A stretch of DNA of 64,000 bases from Tubiluchus corallicola (Eukaryota > Animalia > Priapulida). Made by a program: the position numbers and the translations under genes. The stretch is taken from positions 62,001 through 126,000 of the forward strand of contig JAQGDQ010000184.1 of assembly GCA_030141605.1 (NCBI GenBank), read 5' to 3'. The notes below the pieces were generated by a model. The model saw nothing but the letters and a program-made list of their open reading frames with translations. It did not search any database and was not told the origin of the DNA. Shown here piece after piece: positions 24,201-41,500 of this stretch. Within the stretch, counting starts at the first letter, position 1; the number at the start of each line of letters is the position of its first letter.

Positions 24201-25268
24201 GGTGCTACTACTGGCTCTAAAGCACGAAAAGATGATAAATTGTTTGTGGGAAGGTTGAGAGCAAAAGAGGCTGCTTGCTCTCCTACCGACAGCAACAGCA
24301 GAATTAGTGCCCGTAGTTCAAAGCCTCTTCATGATATGCTTGCTTTGAATGTTACTCCTGTTGTTGTCTTGGAAAGCAGATTATCATTAGAAAGATACTC
24401 TAAGGCCCTAGGTTCTCAAAGCATGAAACCCAAACAAGCTTCTACAAGTGATAAAAATGACACCGCTGCGACTGCAATTCAGATGCATAAAAGAATGAAA
24501 GGGTCAGTGTCTGCATCTGACGTCTTTGCAAATAAATTAGCACGTCCTCCAGTAAGAGCAACTTGTAGTGCAAGCGATTTAAGGAAGAATGAAGTTTCTT
24601 TACCGCTATTTCGTAGCGACCAACAAGGTGAGCCTGGTCCTTCGACTGAAAAATACAGCCGGAAACCACATTATGGAAGGGTGGCCATGATTCGGCCACA
24701 AGTGTTGCACACGGGTAAAAATGAATATACGGATGAGCAACCATACACGTCAACTCCAAAACTGAGCAAGAAGATTTTAGAAGAAATGCGGAGTTTTCAC
24801 TCCCCTCTGCCTAACCCTTTTGGACACGCCAGTCGCGGGTGCCAACTTGTTGCTGATACATGTATAAGCAGCGAGGCAATAGTAAGCAGTTATGGGCAAA
24901 CGGAAAGAGAGGAAGATTTTGAAACAGATTCAAATAGCGCTTTGAAACGAAAATTGAAAATAGACAGTGAAACGCCCAATGCCAGCCTCATAAAGCGCAC
25001 CAAACGTGACTTAGAGTCGCATTCTTCAAGCCTTAATCCAGAGAAACTGCTAGTGGACCGAAAGTTCGATGACGATGGGCAAAATATCAGTCTAGCGTTG
25101 TCTGAGAGAGACCTGCGCATCCCTGGTTCTCCGTTTATTTGCCGCACGGGCGAAACAAGTTCACAGTCTGCATCTACTGGAGACAGTGCACTGGAATATC
25201 AATCAGTTCTGGATGCTACTAGGGACTACCAGCTTGATGCACCTGTGAGTCGCTGTGTCATATTGTAG
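21263..25268 (+). CDS. Uncharacterised Ser/Lys/Arg-rich low-complexity protein (971 aa) with C-terminal CaaX
   Basis: Phase-0 exons 21263-21439, 22010-22174 and 22695-25268, the last a 2.57-kb open frame. Many SP/TP sites, NLS-like KRKLK...KRTKR, and it ends RCVIL*. No domain recognised. Confidence 0.8.
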
Positions 25269-26829
25269 GTTAATTTTTTTACGTTGTTTGCCTGTAGTGA
25301 TATTGTTAAATTGTCAAACTTTCTTGAAGCTTTCAGCCCGGTAATTTGTCTGTTACTGTCTTAAATATATAATGCTTTGATGTGTAAATAGCGATCATTT
25401 CTAATATTTTAAGTAGAAAGATAGTTTTAACTGCACTACATACATTATGGTACAGCTTTTTATTGTTTTACGTTCTTATGACACAGGTAATGCTCTAGAT
25501 TGTTGAGGTTTGTTTATATAAAACGTTCACGAGCAGATTTTATTTACGGCAGTGTGCAATACTAAAAACTTGTATATAGAACTATAGAACTGGGCTAGAC
25601 AGGGATTAGTTTTAAATCATAGCTGGTTTATTTTATGGAGAAATTTGCATGCATGAATTTTTACCTTGTTAAGTTGTAATAAATCATAACGGAGCAGAGT
25701 TTTAATTGAAACTTCTATGAACTGCAATCAAACTACATTACTGTCTATTTAGTTGGTGTTAAGCGAGTTTGGCATTATAACAAGGTGCGTTAATGCATGC
25801 ATGTCTATACAAATATAGACATTTGTTTTGCCAGAAAGTATGGGAGTTAAGAGTGGTAGGCATTATCAAGGGGGGCTTTATAACCAGGTTTGACTGCATA
25901 CTTGTAACTAACTGGATTTCATTCATTAATTTACAATGTATTTTAAAACTGCACATAGTATTGTTTATACACGGTCAGCTTTATTTCTGCATGCTTATGG
26001 ATAAATAAATAGAAGATTAAAATGGTAAATCTCCGTGTTTATGTGATCGTATATGTTGCTTTCAATAGCAATTGCATGGTGTCCACGCTTATTCTCTAAA
26101 TATCGAGATACTGCTACGTGTAATATGGAATTACCCACTATATAATAAATAGTAAGAATAAATTTTGCTTTATTGGTTATCATAGTAAGAGGAACATTTT
26201 TGTTTGAATATGATACTAAACATACTGACAGTGGCCATTTTTATCATTGCTGGGTGTTGACCTGTGTGTGTGTGTGTGGAAACACAAGAATGTTTGTCTT
26301 TGGAACTGTGGAGTAAGTTTCGTTTCATGTAGTAGAGTTTAAACCGGGTAGAACTGACGTAGAACGTGCTTGTCAGCAGTGAAAAATTGGGTTATCTTGC
26401 TGAAAAGAGTAGCAAAAAGTATGTGTGAGCATTTAATTTCAAAATGCTCAGCGATTAGTATGTTAGGTCTGTTTAGTTAGTTGGCTGTCTCTTACATAGA
26501 ACGTTTACATGTAAACGTAAAAGTTGTTGCATCTCAAAGTTGCTCGAGTACAATGAAGGTAATCAACTTTCCTTTTTTACTTTTTAATGTGAAAAGTAAT
26601 GACACCAGTACTGTAAACAGTGCTAAAAAGTGTAAAATTCCCAATGGGGTGACATCTGTTAACAAAGAAGATGAAATAATAACAGCTGGTAGCTCTTTAT
26701 AACGCACTAATATGAAGAAACTTCAGAATTGTTTCAAAGCAAGTTTTCAACAAATACTAAAATTTGCCGAAAAGTACGCAAAGTCAATAAGTAAATTATC
26801 GCATTTTGATTAACCCTTACGATTACCTC

Positions 26830-27210
26830 ACAGTTGAACAAAAATGAGCGAAACTAATCGCAAATTTTTTTTAATTTTTCAATATTAGCAGATCGAAGAA
26901 GTTGTGCATTTGAAAGCAATAAAATTACTTGAAGCGCAACAAGTTTTGGTCTGCTTTTTATATTTAAATACATTAACAACATCAGCAAACCATTCCAGAA
27001 TAACAGATTTACCTTTTTTCCAAATCCTATCGTTAATTCCAGAACAAGCAATCTAAAACAAATTAGGACAAATACCCACTATGGAACGAACTCTGTAATC
27101 AAACAAGCAATTTTACTTTGGAATTCTCTACCATTACAGGTTAAACAAATCAAGTCCCTATCAGCATTTAAAACAAAATTAAAATCACTAATATTAACCA
27201 GATATGAAAT
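26830..27210 (+). mobile_element. L2/Crack-type LINE 3' fragment
   Basis: Encodes RTNTHYGTNSVIKQAILLWNSLPLQVKQIKSLSAFKTKLKSLIL. The left boundary is approximate. Confidence 0.75.
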
Positions 27211-28768
27211 ACCATCACACCAGTACGACAACATACACACTAATTCAGAATTCATATACCCACGGCCATATTAATTAAATCATAGTTTGTTTTTTTATTT
27301 TTTTGTGTATGGTTGTAAATATGTTTGATTTTATTCGTCATTACTGCACAGTAGTTTAGATTGCACTGACGCATTTGCCTTCAGCAGTGTAAGTTTTTAT
27401 TAACTAACACTGATTGATTATCTCTGTAAAGTTTTTATCAGTGATTATCAATGTTTTTAATGGCAAATAAAGATTATTATATATATATATATAGGTCGGT
27501 CGTAAAGGCAAGACGCTCCAAACGTTATATTGCTCCTCAACCAAGTGAAAACAGAGTCGGCGCTCGCCTATTTTGTGTCCTAGGCAGAACCATTTACTTA
27601 TTACGCCTCCCAAAAATGCGAATGATAATCATAAGACTTGAAACTGTTACTGCAAGTTTTGCCAACACCAATAGTAAAAGTGCAATATTTATGATGGATC
27701 CATTAATGATACCCATTATGTGTGTTACGACAGTGGCTCTAAAAGCCCCTGTTATCTTACACATAGTTTACACTTGAACTAGCTGTACAGGTAAGTTTTC
27801 ACGAGTTAACAAGAACTCCCTCGGTTAACAAACTTCTAAATACCACACCATTTTCTATTAATTTCACAATAATTTTAGGAAATAGCGACATCTGTACTGT
27901 GAACAATGTTGGGATTGTTTATTATGTTGACATGAGTCAACAAGAAAACTAACTAAAGCATGGTAAACTGGTACCTTTATAGTTACTGTGTAATTTAGTT
28001 TTGTTTAATTTGCACCTGTCCCTCAAGATAGGAGAAGCCAGCTTATTCGCTCATCAGTGGTTAAAGGAATATCCTGACTTTTTGGTTAATTTTTAGTTAC
28101 CTTCCTGAACGTATAGATAAATGACGTAAGTTAGTGTTTACCTATAAGTAATCGAAAAATGATGTTATTGCAAAAAAGAAAAAGATAATAGCATTAGTTT
28201 TTTCTTTCTGTATGTACGTGTACGAAATACGACGTTGACTATAAAGCGTTTTTTTGCAAACGTAGTGAGTAGGACTAATACCCGAAAGCGCAACAAGCTT
28301 TTTGCGTAACGTATATCATTATATTTATAATTTACAATATCACTACACCTCTCAATGTGACCTACTTTTACTTATACTTGGGCGATTATAGAACCTCAGT
28401 TTGCCCAAAAAAGTGAAACTTTCAAACATAAATAATTATAAGTGTGGTTCAAACATAAATAATTATAAATGTGGATGGATGCATATTACTAGAAACTTAT
28501 TTGGCAAACAGGTTTTTTATTACTTTTGTGAAAGCTTCCCTATAAAGCAGAAGACTAATTGAATATAATAGTGGTGCTATATTGTATGTAAATATTAAGT
28601 AACCCCACACTGTGTGCCAAAGTCCTTCAAGTTTTATGCTCTCAATTTATTGTACATTCTAGATGCGTTTATAAACGGGTTCCAGGTCTTACTGAGTAAT
28701 ATTCTATGCCTTGGCTTTGAGCGTTTTATATTGTACAGGACTAAGCAGAAGTGGACGGAGAAGTTGCC

Positions 28769-34264
<5,496 letters not shown>

Positions 34265-34779
34265 TGAGAGATAGTAATCTTTGACTTCAACTTAAAAGCA
34301 CATTACGACATTCGTCTGCATTTGTGTTTGCTGATGACAATCAGTAATTATTTTAAAAAAATAACATTCACTTTTAGTTTGGTCAAATTTATATTCATAC
34401 TGTTGTTGTGCATCATAGTGACTTGTACAAATTCGTGTCAGTGTTTAGTAATAAACTGAAAATGAATGAGTAACGAGAAGTCTGTAAAACTTCGTGAATT
34501 TTCTTTCGTTATTAGAGCTTAATTTCTGGTTCCAGTTTATGTCTTTATTAAGCATTCATTTTCATTTTGTCGTTACTGTTAAATATCTTATGAATATAAA
34601 AAAGTCACTCATGTCAGTGATTGTTCGTTCACTTGTTTAATTGTGCTCTTGTTTGAGCCAATTATCTTGTTTGCTTGGCGGTTAGCAGGCATACCTCTGG
34701 TCTAACGGAAAGGCATTTTTAGGGCAACAAAGACTTGTGGAAGCAATAGTAGTTTTTAAAAACAATAATAATAATAATA

Positions 34780-36539
34780 ACTAGCCAAGCTCCTCAAAAG
34801 AATTTTGGGCACAAACCAATGACAACCCACACCAGACCACCCACATCACACCATCCATGCCATCCTACACAACCACACCACATCCACCGCACCACCCACA
34901 CTATGCCACTAACACCATGCCACAACAACCACACCATGCCACAACCACACCATGCTACCCACTCACACACCCCCCAAACTAAAATACCCATACCACACCA
35001 TCCACCTCATTCCCACCATAGCGCCCATACCATGCCACACCCACCGCACCCCATGCCAAGCCAATCACACCACATGAACCCACGTCATACGCAGCACACT
35101 TACCCCACCCACTATACCATACCACACCAAACCCACCACATCATTTGGTGATTATGATGATAACAATGACTATGATGACGACACCTTCAGCACCAGCACC
35201 CAACAGTACAGCAGCATAATGAAGTCCTGAAAAACGTTTTGCGCAAGTTTGAAATTGTGTGCTATTACAAATGCTAGTAGACGTCCACCAATGACCAATA
35301 ATGCACGAACATTCGACGCAGTTTTGCTTACTGCTTCTCGGATGATAATAGGCTAACAGAACTAACATGTACAATCTATAAGTTATTGATTGTATTATAA
35401 GTAAGTTTTGATAGACTGTAACATAGTATAATGGCGGGTGACAACAATGCCTGGAACAGTCGCGAAATTTCTCAAACTCAAAGACAATGGGTGTTCCAAA
35501 CAGCATGCAGCACGAGGGGTTGAATTAGAATGTCAAAATACATCCTTCCTGTTTCGTCTAGCGGATTTCTCATGCCTTGCAAACCGTTGCTTCCTCTTTC
35601 TGGAAGTGTTTTTCCCAACATGCCCAAACAGTTGCATAAATTGAGTTTTTCTGGAGGCTGTTTGTGCAGTTTTCTGCAAAATTTGGGTGTACGTGTTCGG
35701 GAAAACGCCCGTTACAGGAAACCATTTCACTCCCGAATATTCTAAATATACCTATAATACCCACCGTCGAATGGGCAGTTCAACCACTGCTGGCACCGCC
35801 CCCGGCACGTTCCCGCTCTCTAGAAATAAGAGGCATAAATTTTGCAATTTTTTGCGAAAAACGGTCAAAAAGGGCGGTTGACCCAATTCAGAAAATAAAC
35901 CATCAATAAGAAGACACTAGATCGAGACTTTTCGTTTGATGTACAAATTGCTGAAAATGGTGCTGCCGTTGGAGCTATAGCTTCGAATCATATACACATT
36001 CATATACCACTGAAATTGTACTACACTACTAGCAAAGGCTCCACAGAAAATTTTGCATATTTATAAATCCACTTCTAATCAATAATGCGCGAACATCTTA
36101 CATAGTGTTGATTTATTTACCTAAGCAGAGCCAGCAGCAGCTTTTACTGAATTAAATTATAAAGTTATAGACAGAGTACAATGGAATGACGGCAGAATAA
36201 TAGAAACGTCACTGTAGCTTCTAAGCGAGAATCGCCCAAATTCTAATCAACTCGACATTGCTCCTTCTGGTGAAAGCGACTCCTAAAGAGACCCACATTA
36301 CATTGTAGCCCTGCTCCTCCTTTTTCTAAAAAGTTACATATCTCCTTCCGAAAGTGCCACCAACGCTGCTAGAACGTTTTTCTACAGACAGTTTGGTCAA
36401 AATTTCGAAAAATTCGAGAGCCTTTGTCTTCTCGCGAATTCCAAATATGTCTACTACCCCACCGTCAACCCGTCCATCCGACCATTATCGGCACCATGCT
36501 GGTCCATATACACCACCAACATTAATATATAAAGGTAGA
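34780..36539 (-). mobile_element. Two adjacent Helitron-like non-autonomous units, with a CAC-rich low-complexity tract
   Basis: Related starts actagccaagctcctcaaaagaattttg (34780) and actagcaaaggctccacagaaaattttg (36028) give CTAG 3' ends on the minus strand, the first with a short hairpin. The second unit ends attaatatataaaggtaga, a TC 5' end on minus. The classification is inference. Confidence 0.35.
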
Positions 36540-37169
36540 ATATTAATTTATAGAACTTTAGCAGTGTTTTGAGCAATAATTAATTAAAGCATACTAGAGA
36601 AGTCGTAGTGGCTGATAAGATTTATTTGCTTTTGTAGGCGCTGCTGGTGCGCACAGATTACAAATATTGGAACATGAACAGAAAGCATGGAGGACACACG
36701 AATAGTGTTTTCGAATTACTAAAATATTCTTCACTTCTTGAGTGAATTTCACTTTATATCGCTAAGTTTTGTGCGCAAACTGGCTTATTCTTTCGAGGGT
36801 CGTTATTTGAATGCTTCTGACAGCGAGTTTGTTCAGTACACCACTTCTGATATTGGGTCTTGGTTGCAACACACGAATGTAAATAGGTGAGGATTATCAG
36901 TATTAGACCTGCTAGTAACAGAATTTCTAGTGATAATTTAATTATTATGGTATGAATTTTATAACTCACCTTCGTGGTAGGTAAACCCTGATTTCCATCT
37001 CTTGCACCAATCTCTCGTCCACTGAGTAGCTAGCCGAAAAACACCCTTGTCCAGTTATTCATTGTTGGTTTACTCTTCTCCTAGTATACCAAACTGGTAT
37101 CAAAATAGGAGGTTTCTCCCGCAGAGTTCTGAGTCAAGTTTATGTTTGAAACTATTTACATTATTTTGC

Positions 37170-37393
37170 ACTCACTCAGAATTGTAGAGATACATCACTA
37201 TTCAACACGTGCTACTGCTAGAGGAAATTTTTATCAGGAAAGATACCTCACTTCTTTTGGGCTAAGCACCTTAAAATATAACGGCACAGTGCTGTGGAAT
37301 GAACTTCCAAGAGAATTCATTAGCAATTCCTTCTTTAGATCAGCTACTCGAAAATTTCGCTTACACTTACTTTCGCATTACTGTTCTTCATAA
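37170..37393 (+). mobile_element. L2/Crack-type LINE 3' fragment
   Basis: Encodes IHHYSTR...FGLSTLKYNGTVLWNELP...FRLHLL. Confidence 0.7.
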
Positions 37394-37899
37394 ACTTACA
37401 GATATTTTTCTATTTTGATAATTTCCAGCATACACAAATATGTGATAATAGTGCTTTATGATAGGAAAAATCTGTCACAAGTTTATTATCTAGGAAAATA
37501 TCTTATTCGTGTATTTATTAGGATACGGCTGCATGAATTACAATCACAAATTGAACGATATGACAGCTTGAATTTTGATCATTTTTATATTCATTTGTAC
37601 CACATTATTTGGCTTTTACTTACCATTGCTTTTTCTTCATCATTTCCCTGTATGTTTAGATACCTTTGATTGCATTTTCACCCTTCAGTTATTTAAAGTT
37701 GTTTAGTGAATTTTAAACAGATCAAGTTGCTAAGTAAAATAGTAATAATGTAATTTCACTACTATCATGAGTGAAATGTCTGCAGTGTCATCCTAATAAT
37801 CACATACATCCATTGAAGGTCCTTCTTGGTCTTTTGCCATCCTATTTCCATTGTGATAATTAAATACATTTACTTGCCTCAGTTATATCATGAATATGG

Positions 37900-38540
37900 A
37901 AATAAATGCACGTTTTGAAGTGAATTGAATGGAATAATGATTCCGGTAATGAGTTCCATAGTATCACTTTGGCTTGTGAAAAACTATGTGGATACTATTC
38001 AGTATTAACCCTATGCTTGAACAATTTAACACTATGCCCACGTGTAATGCTTCTATTGAGTGTAAAAAACTGGTTTGCATTGATGTCAGTAAATCCTTTA
38101 AGAATCTTGAACATTTCAATAAGTCCACCCTACTTCTTCTTGCAAATTTTATTTATCGATTAGACTCGATACAGGTCTAATTTTTGCAGTTTTTGCAAGT
38201 ATGAGAGTCCTTCGAGACCTACGAGCTTGTGCTTGTACCTGCTCGAGAGCACGGATGTCCTTGAGATAGTAAGGGTCCCATACCTGACTGACGCATTCGA
38301 GATGAGGACGAACAAGAGATTTGTATAGGGAGAATTATCTCAGCTCTTCTGGAAGTTATGGTTCTACTAACTAATCCAAGGATTATGTTACTCTTAATAA
38401 TTTTGTTAGAGATATGACTGCGAAAATTTAGTTTGCTGTCTAATAACAGTCCAAGATCCATCTCCTCAGTCACTTCAGGCAAATCGACATCACCAAAGCT
38501 GTATGTGGGTGGTTTGGTCTGATTACCAGATGTAATAAAA
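37900..38540 (-). mobile_element. Decayed CR1-type LINE 3' fragment
   Basis: EEMDLGLLLDSKLNFRSHI, YKSLVRPHLE, DLIEMFKILKG, TRGHSVKLFK and WNSLPES, with frameshifts. Confidence 0.85.
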
Positions 38541-41500
38541 CAGTAAAATAATCACAATAGGGCATATCAATGTGCGTCTAAACCCATAATTTTTCAGTGT
38601 GTTTTCAGTGCAGAATCCTCTCAGAAATTCCAGTGAATCTTTGGCCAGTAAGCTAATAATGTGAAACTTTGTATTTTTTCCGAGTCCCAGCGAATGAATT
38701 GGCGATGCCCGACTTGTACAAAATTAGTACTATTTACATTATAGCTTAAATTAACCTGGTTGCCTAAGAAGCATGTAAATGCTGAATCATAAAGTTTTTC
38801 CTCCAATGTTACTACAAGGATGCTGTAGTGTTAGTGACATTCTCGCTGGAACTTGCTAGATTTGAACCACTTTGCTTACTTGTGCATCGAATGAACTTTA
38901 AAAAGGCTAAAATACAAATTGAATACAAATATATTTAACTGAAATATAAATTTAAGATTTCAGTAGTTTTTACGCAGAATTTAACAAGGAGATTGATTTT
39001 TGCATGTTAAAAGCTCTTTTATGTAACTCTTAAGGTGCCATTGGATACAATTCTGTATCTGCCACGCATCATGCGTGTACTGACCGCATCACAGCCGAAG
39101 AATAAAGGGAGCATCATTTGGGAGTATTTATGAAAGTGACTTGAATGAGGAATTTACTGTTAAGTACAGATTAGGCTGACAAGCCACTGGTATAGCGGAG
39201 TCTAGTTTTTTGCTAGATTAACTGCTGTGTTTACCTGTCTTAAGGGCAAATTTCTTTTATTTTAGAGTTCTCCCCGCCCAATGTCTACAATAAACGTAAT
39301 GAGCATATGGTAATGATGATGTGGCTTACAAGCTTATAATTTTAAATAATCCTTTTTATCCACTGATTTACTTATTTCTTGTAAGTAAATTGAAAAGCAA
39401 AGCGAAATAATTTTTTTAAAGGTGAAAGATAAGCAATGATACAAGCCAAAATCGACACGATAACTATATAGCTGGAATAATATCGATACGATAGTTACCG
39501 ATAGGCATCATTATGGTTAGCATCCCTAATACATGCCTCAAAAAACCTGGTTGCCTTTTGTTGCTTGCAGAGCATTCTTTGTATATTATTTTAAATTTGT
39601 TGGTATCTACCTCAATACCAGAGTTTAGGCAATGATATTACAAATGTGCAATGCGGCCTTGCGAAATTGAGAACTTATAAATAAAACAACATTGTAAGCT
39701 ATTAGTGATACTAAGCAGTAACATGTTTTAAACAAAAAATAGATGTCTCAAAGTGCAGATTCTGGCAAAATTGGTCTGAAACGTTATGCGTCTTTGAAAT
39801 TTGTCACAAATGTACAATATTATTGACACGAGAAAAATTTTATTTCTGTTTTCTTTGAACAAGCAGGTTTATTGGGCTTTGAAGTTTTAACTGTATTTTC
39901 TGGTTATATGTCTGTTGGTTTGTTTATGATATGAAAATTTGCTAATAAAGAACAAATCGAACTGTGTTACTTGAGTCAAGACAAGAGATTATTTTTAAAA
40001 CTAATCTGTCTGAGGTGTTGTACACATTACGCGACTAAGCTTACATAGGATATCAGTGCTTGATTTTACATCATATTTTGTTTTAGTAGTGACCATTATT
40101 TTTTACCACACATTGTTGATGATATATTAGTTCACCGTGATATGATATTGTGACGATACACTATTTTTGTCAGCCTGCCTGGGTAATGTTTGGCTAAGTT
40201 TAAAAAGTTTTTGATTAATGCTGAATTGCTGATGGATGTATTTAGAATTTTACATGCTTACCCAATATTTTCGTAGGCAGATGAAGATTTAAAAACATTT
40301 TTGGCACTTTCAGACTTATAAATACATATGATGGGGTACCTTATAAATGTTTTGATTATTGTTATGAAAACTATTTGTGGTGGCTCGATTAGATGAAGGG
40401 GACAAATTGCTGTAAATTAGAGATAGTTGATTATCCTGTGGTTTAAGCTGGATTTAGTACCAGTACTAATTTGACTGCATCGCTATACTAAGACGAATAG
40501 TGTTAATGTTTGTTTGGACAGCTATTAACAAGCAGCATATAGTAAACATAGGACTATAAAAACAAAATCAGTTAATATTGCAGAAACAAACCAGTTTTTT
40601 GGAATGTGTTCGAGGCTTTATCAACCCATATAAATTTATTTAAAAATGCAAGAATCTGCACCAGTCTGCTTTACCTGTACCATATGATTCAGGAGAGCGT
40701 TACCTGAAATTTCATAAAAAATGGTCTGATGATAATTGAAAAGATGTGGAATGAAGCCACATGAAAGGATGCAACCCCCTGCCCACTAGAAGCCATCTAC
40801 AATTGAGTGAACTGAAACCATTTGCTGATCATTGAAGTTATGGCAACCTTGTGTAGCCATTTAAACTGCAAAGACACTGACATTTCATGGTGATGCTTAC
40901 TGCAGCTGAATAAACCTGTGCAAAGTCATCTAAAGGTATTAAAATTGTGTGAACTGATGTCGTCGTCTGATGAGTGAAGCCATGTAATGATGGTTAAAGG
41001 TAAATGTAACTGCTTGTGTTTCTCAATGGGCAAAAAATAGTTCAAAGATGTTTGAAACTGTGTTTAACGTGGGCATGTACAAAGTTAAATTAGCATGAAA
41101 TATGTGTACCCGTAAAGAAGTAAATCCTGTTTGTGTAGTGCTTGATTTTTAAAGGAGCACAAACTGCCATTATAAATTAGAATGCAAAAACACTCATTCC
41201 TTACTGAATAATTGACAAAGCTTACAATTTCACACAAGCATTTTAGCACTTTGGACTTCTTACCAAAAACTAATGGTATCCAGCCTTTTAATTGCCCAGT
41301 TGCGTTTCGTATGGTTCTGAAGCTGAGATTGAGATGTTTGAGAGCTGTAGGAGGCATCTGGGCAGCACATGTGCTGGGTGAAAGCTGTGTGCTATGCTGC
41401 TGCTAGCATGAAGCCTGACACAGCGCTCTTAAAGCATGCTCATAATCAAACCAGAGAATGCAGGCTATGCAAGTCTTTGTGTCAGTTACCCCCACTCAAC

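Larger units (their letters stand above)
36754..38906 (-). other. Candidate small spliced gene or lncRNA built from short exons
   Basis: GT-AG, phase-compatible minus-strand exons 38906-38880, 38822-38756, 37841-37808, 37029-36970 and 36908-36754 give an open 107-aa frame. AATAAA on minus at 36621-36626. No homology recognised. Confidence 0.3.

Noticed and set aside
24740-24860. Ki-67/Repo-Man identity for the orphan protein (TPK...FGHAS)
   Set aside because: The resemblance to the GHANSP motif is slight, and I saw no FHA domain or RVxF motif.
27493-27612. tRNA gene or SINE
   Set aside because: It has a SINE-like gtgtcctaggcag segment but no cloverleaf or clear A/B boxes. Similar weak cases lie near 12800 and 53400.
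28751-28768. GTG start of the SLC22 ORF given in the ORF track
   Set aside because: The gene is eukaryotic, and the ATG at 28769 (gccATG) is the better start.
34819-35151. His/Pro/Thr-rich 110-aa ORF and its antisense Trp/Gly/Val ORF
   Set aside because: They are by-products of a CAC-rich low-complexity tract.
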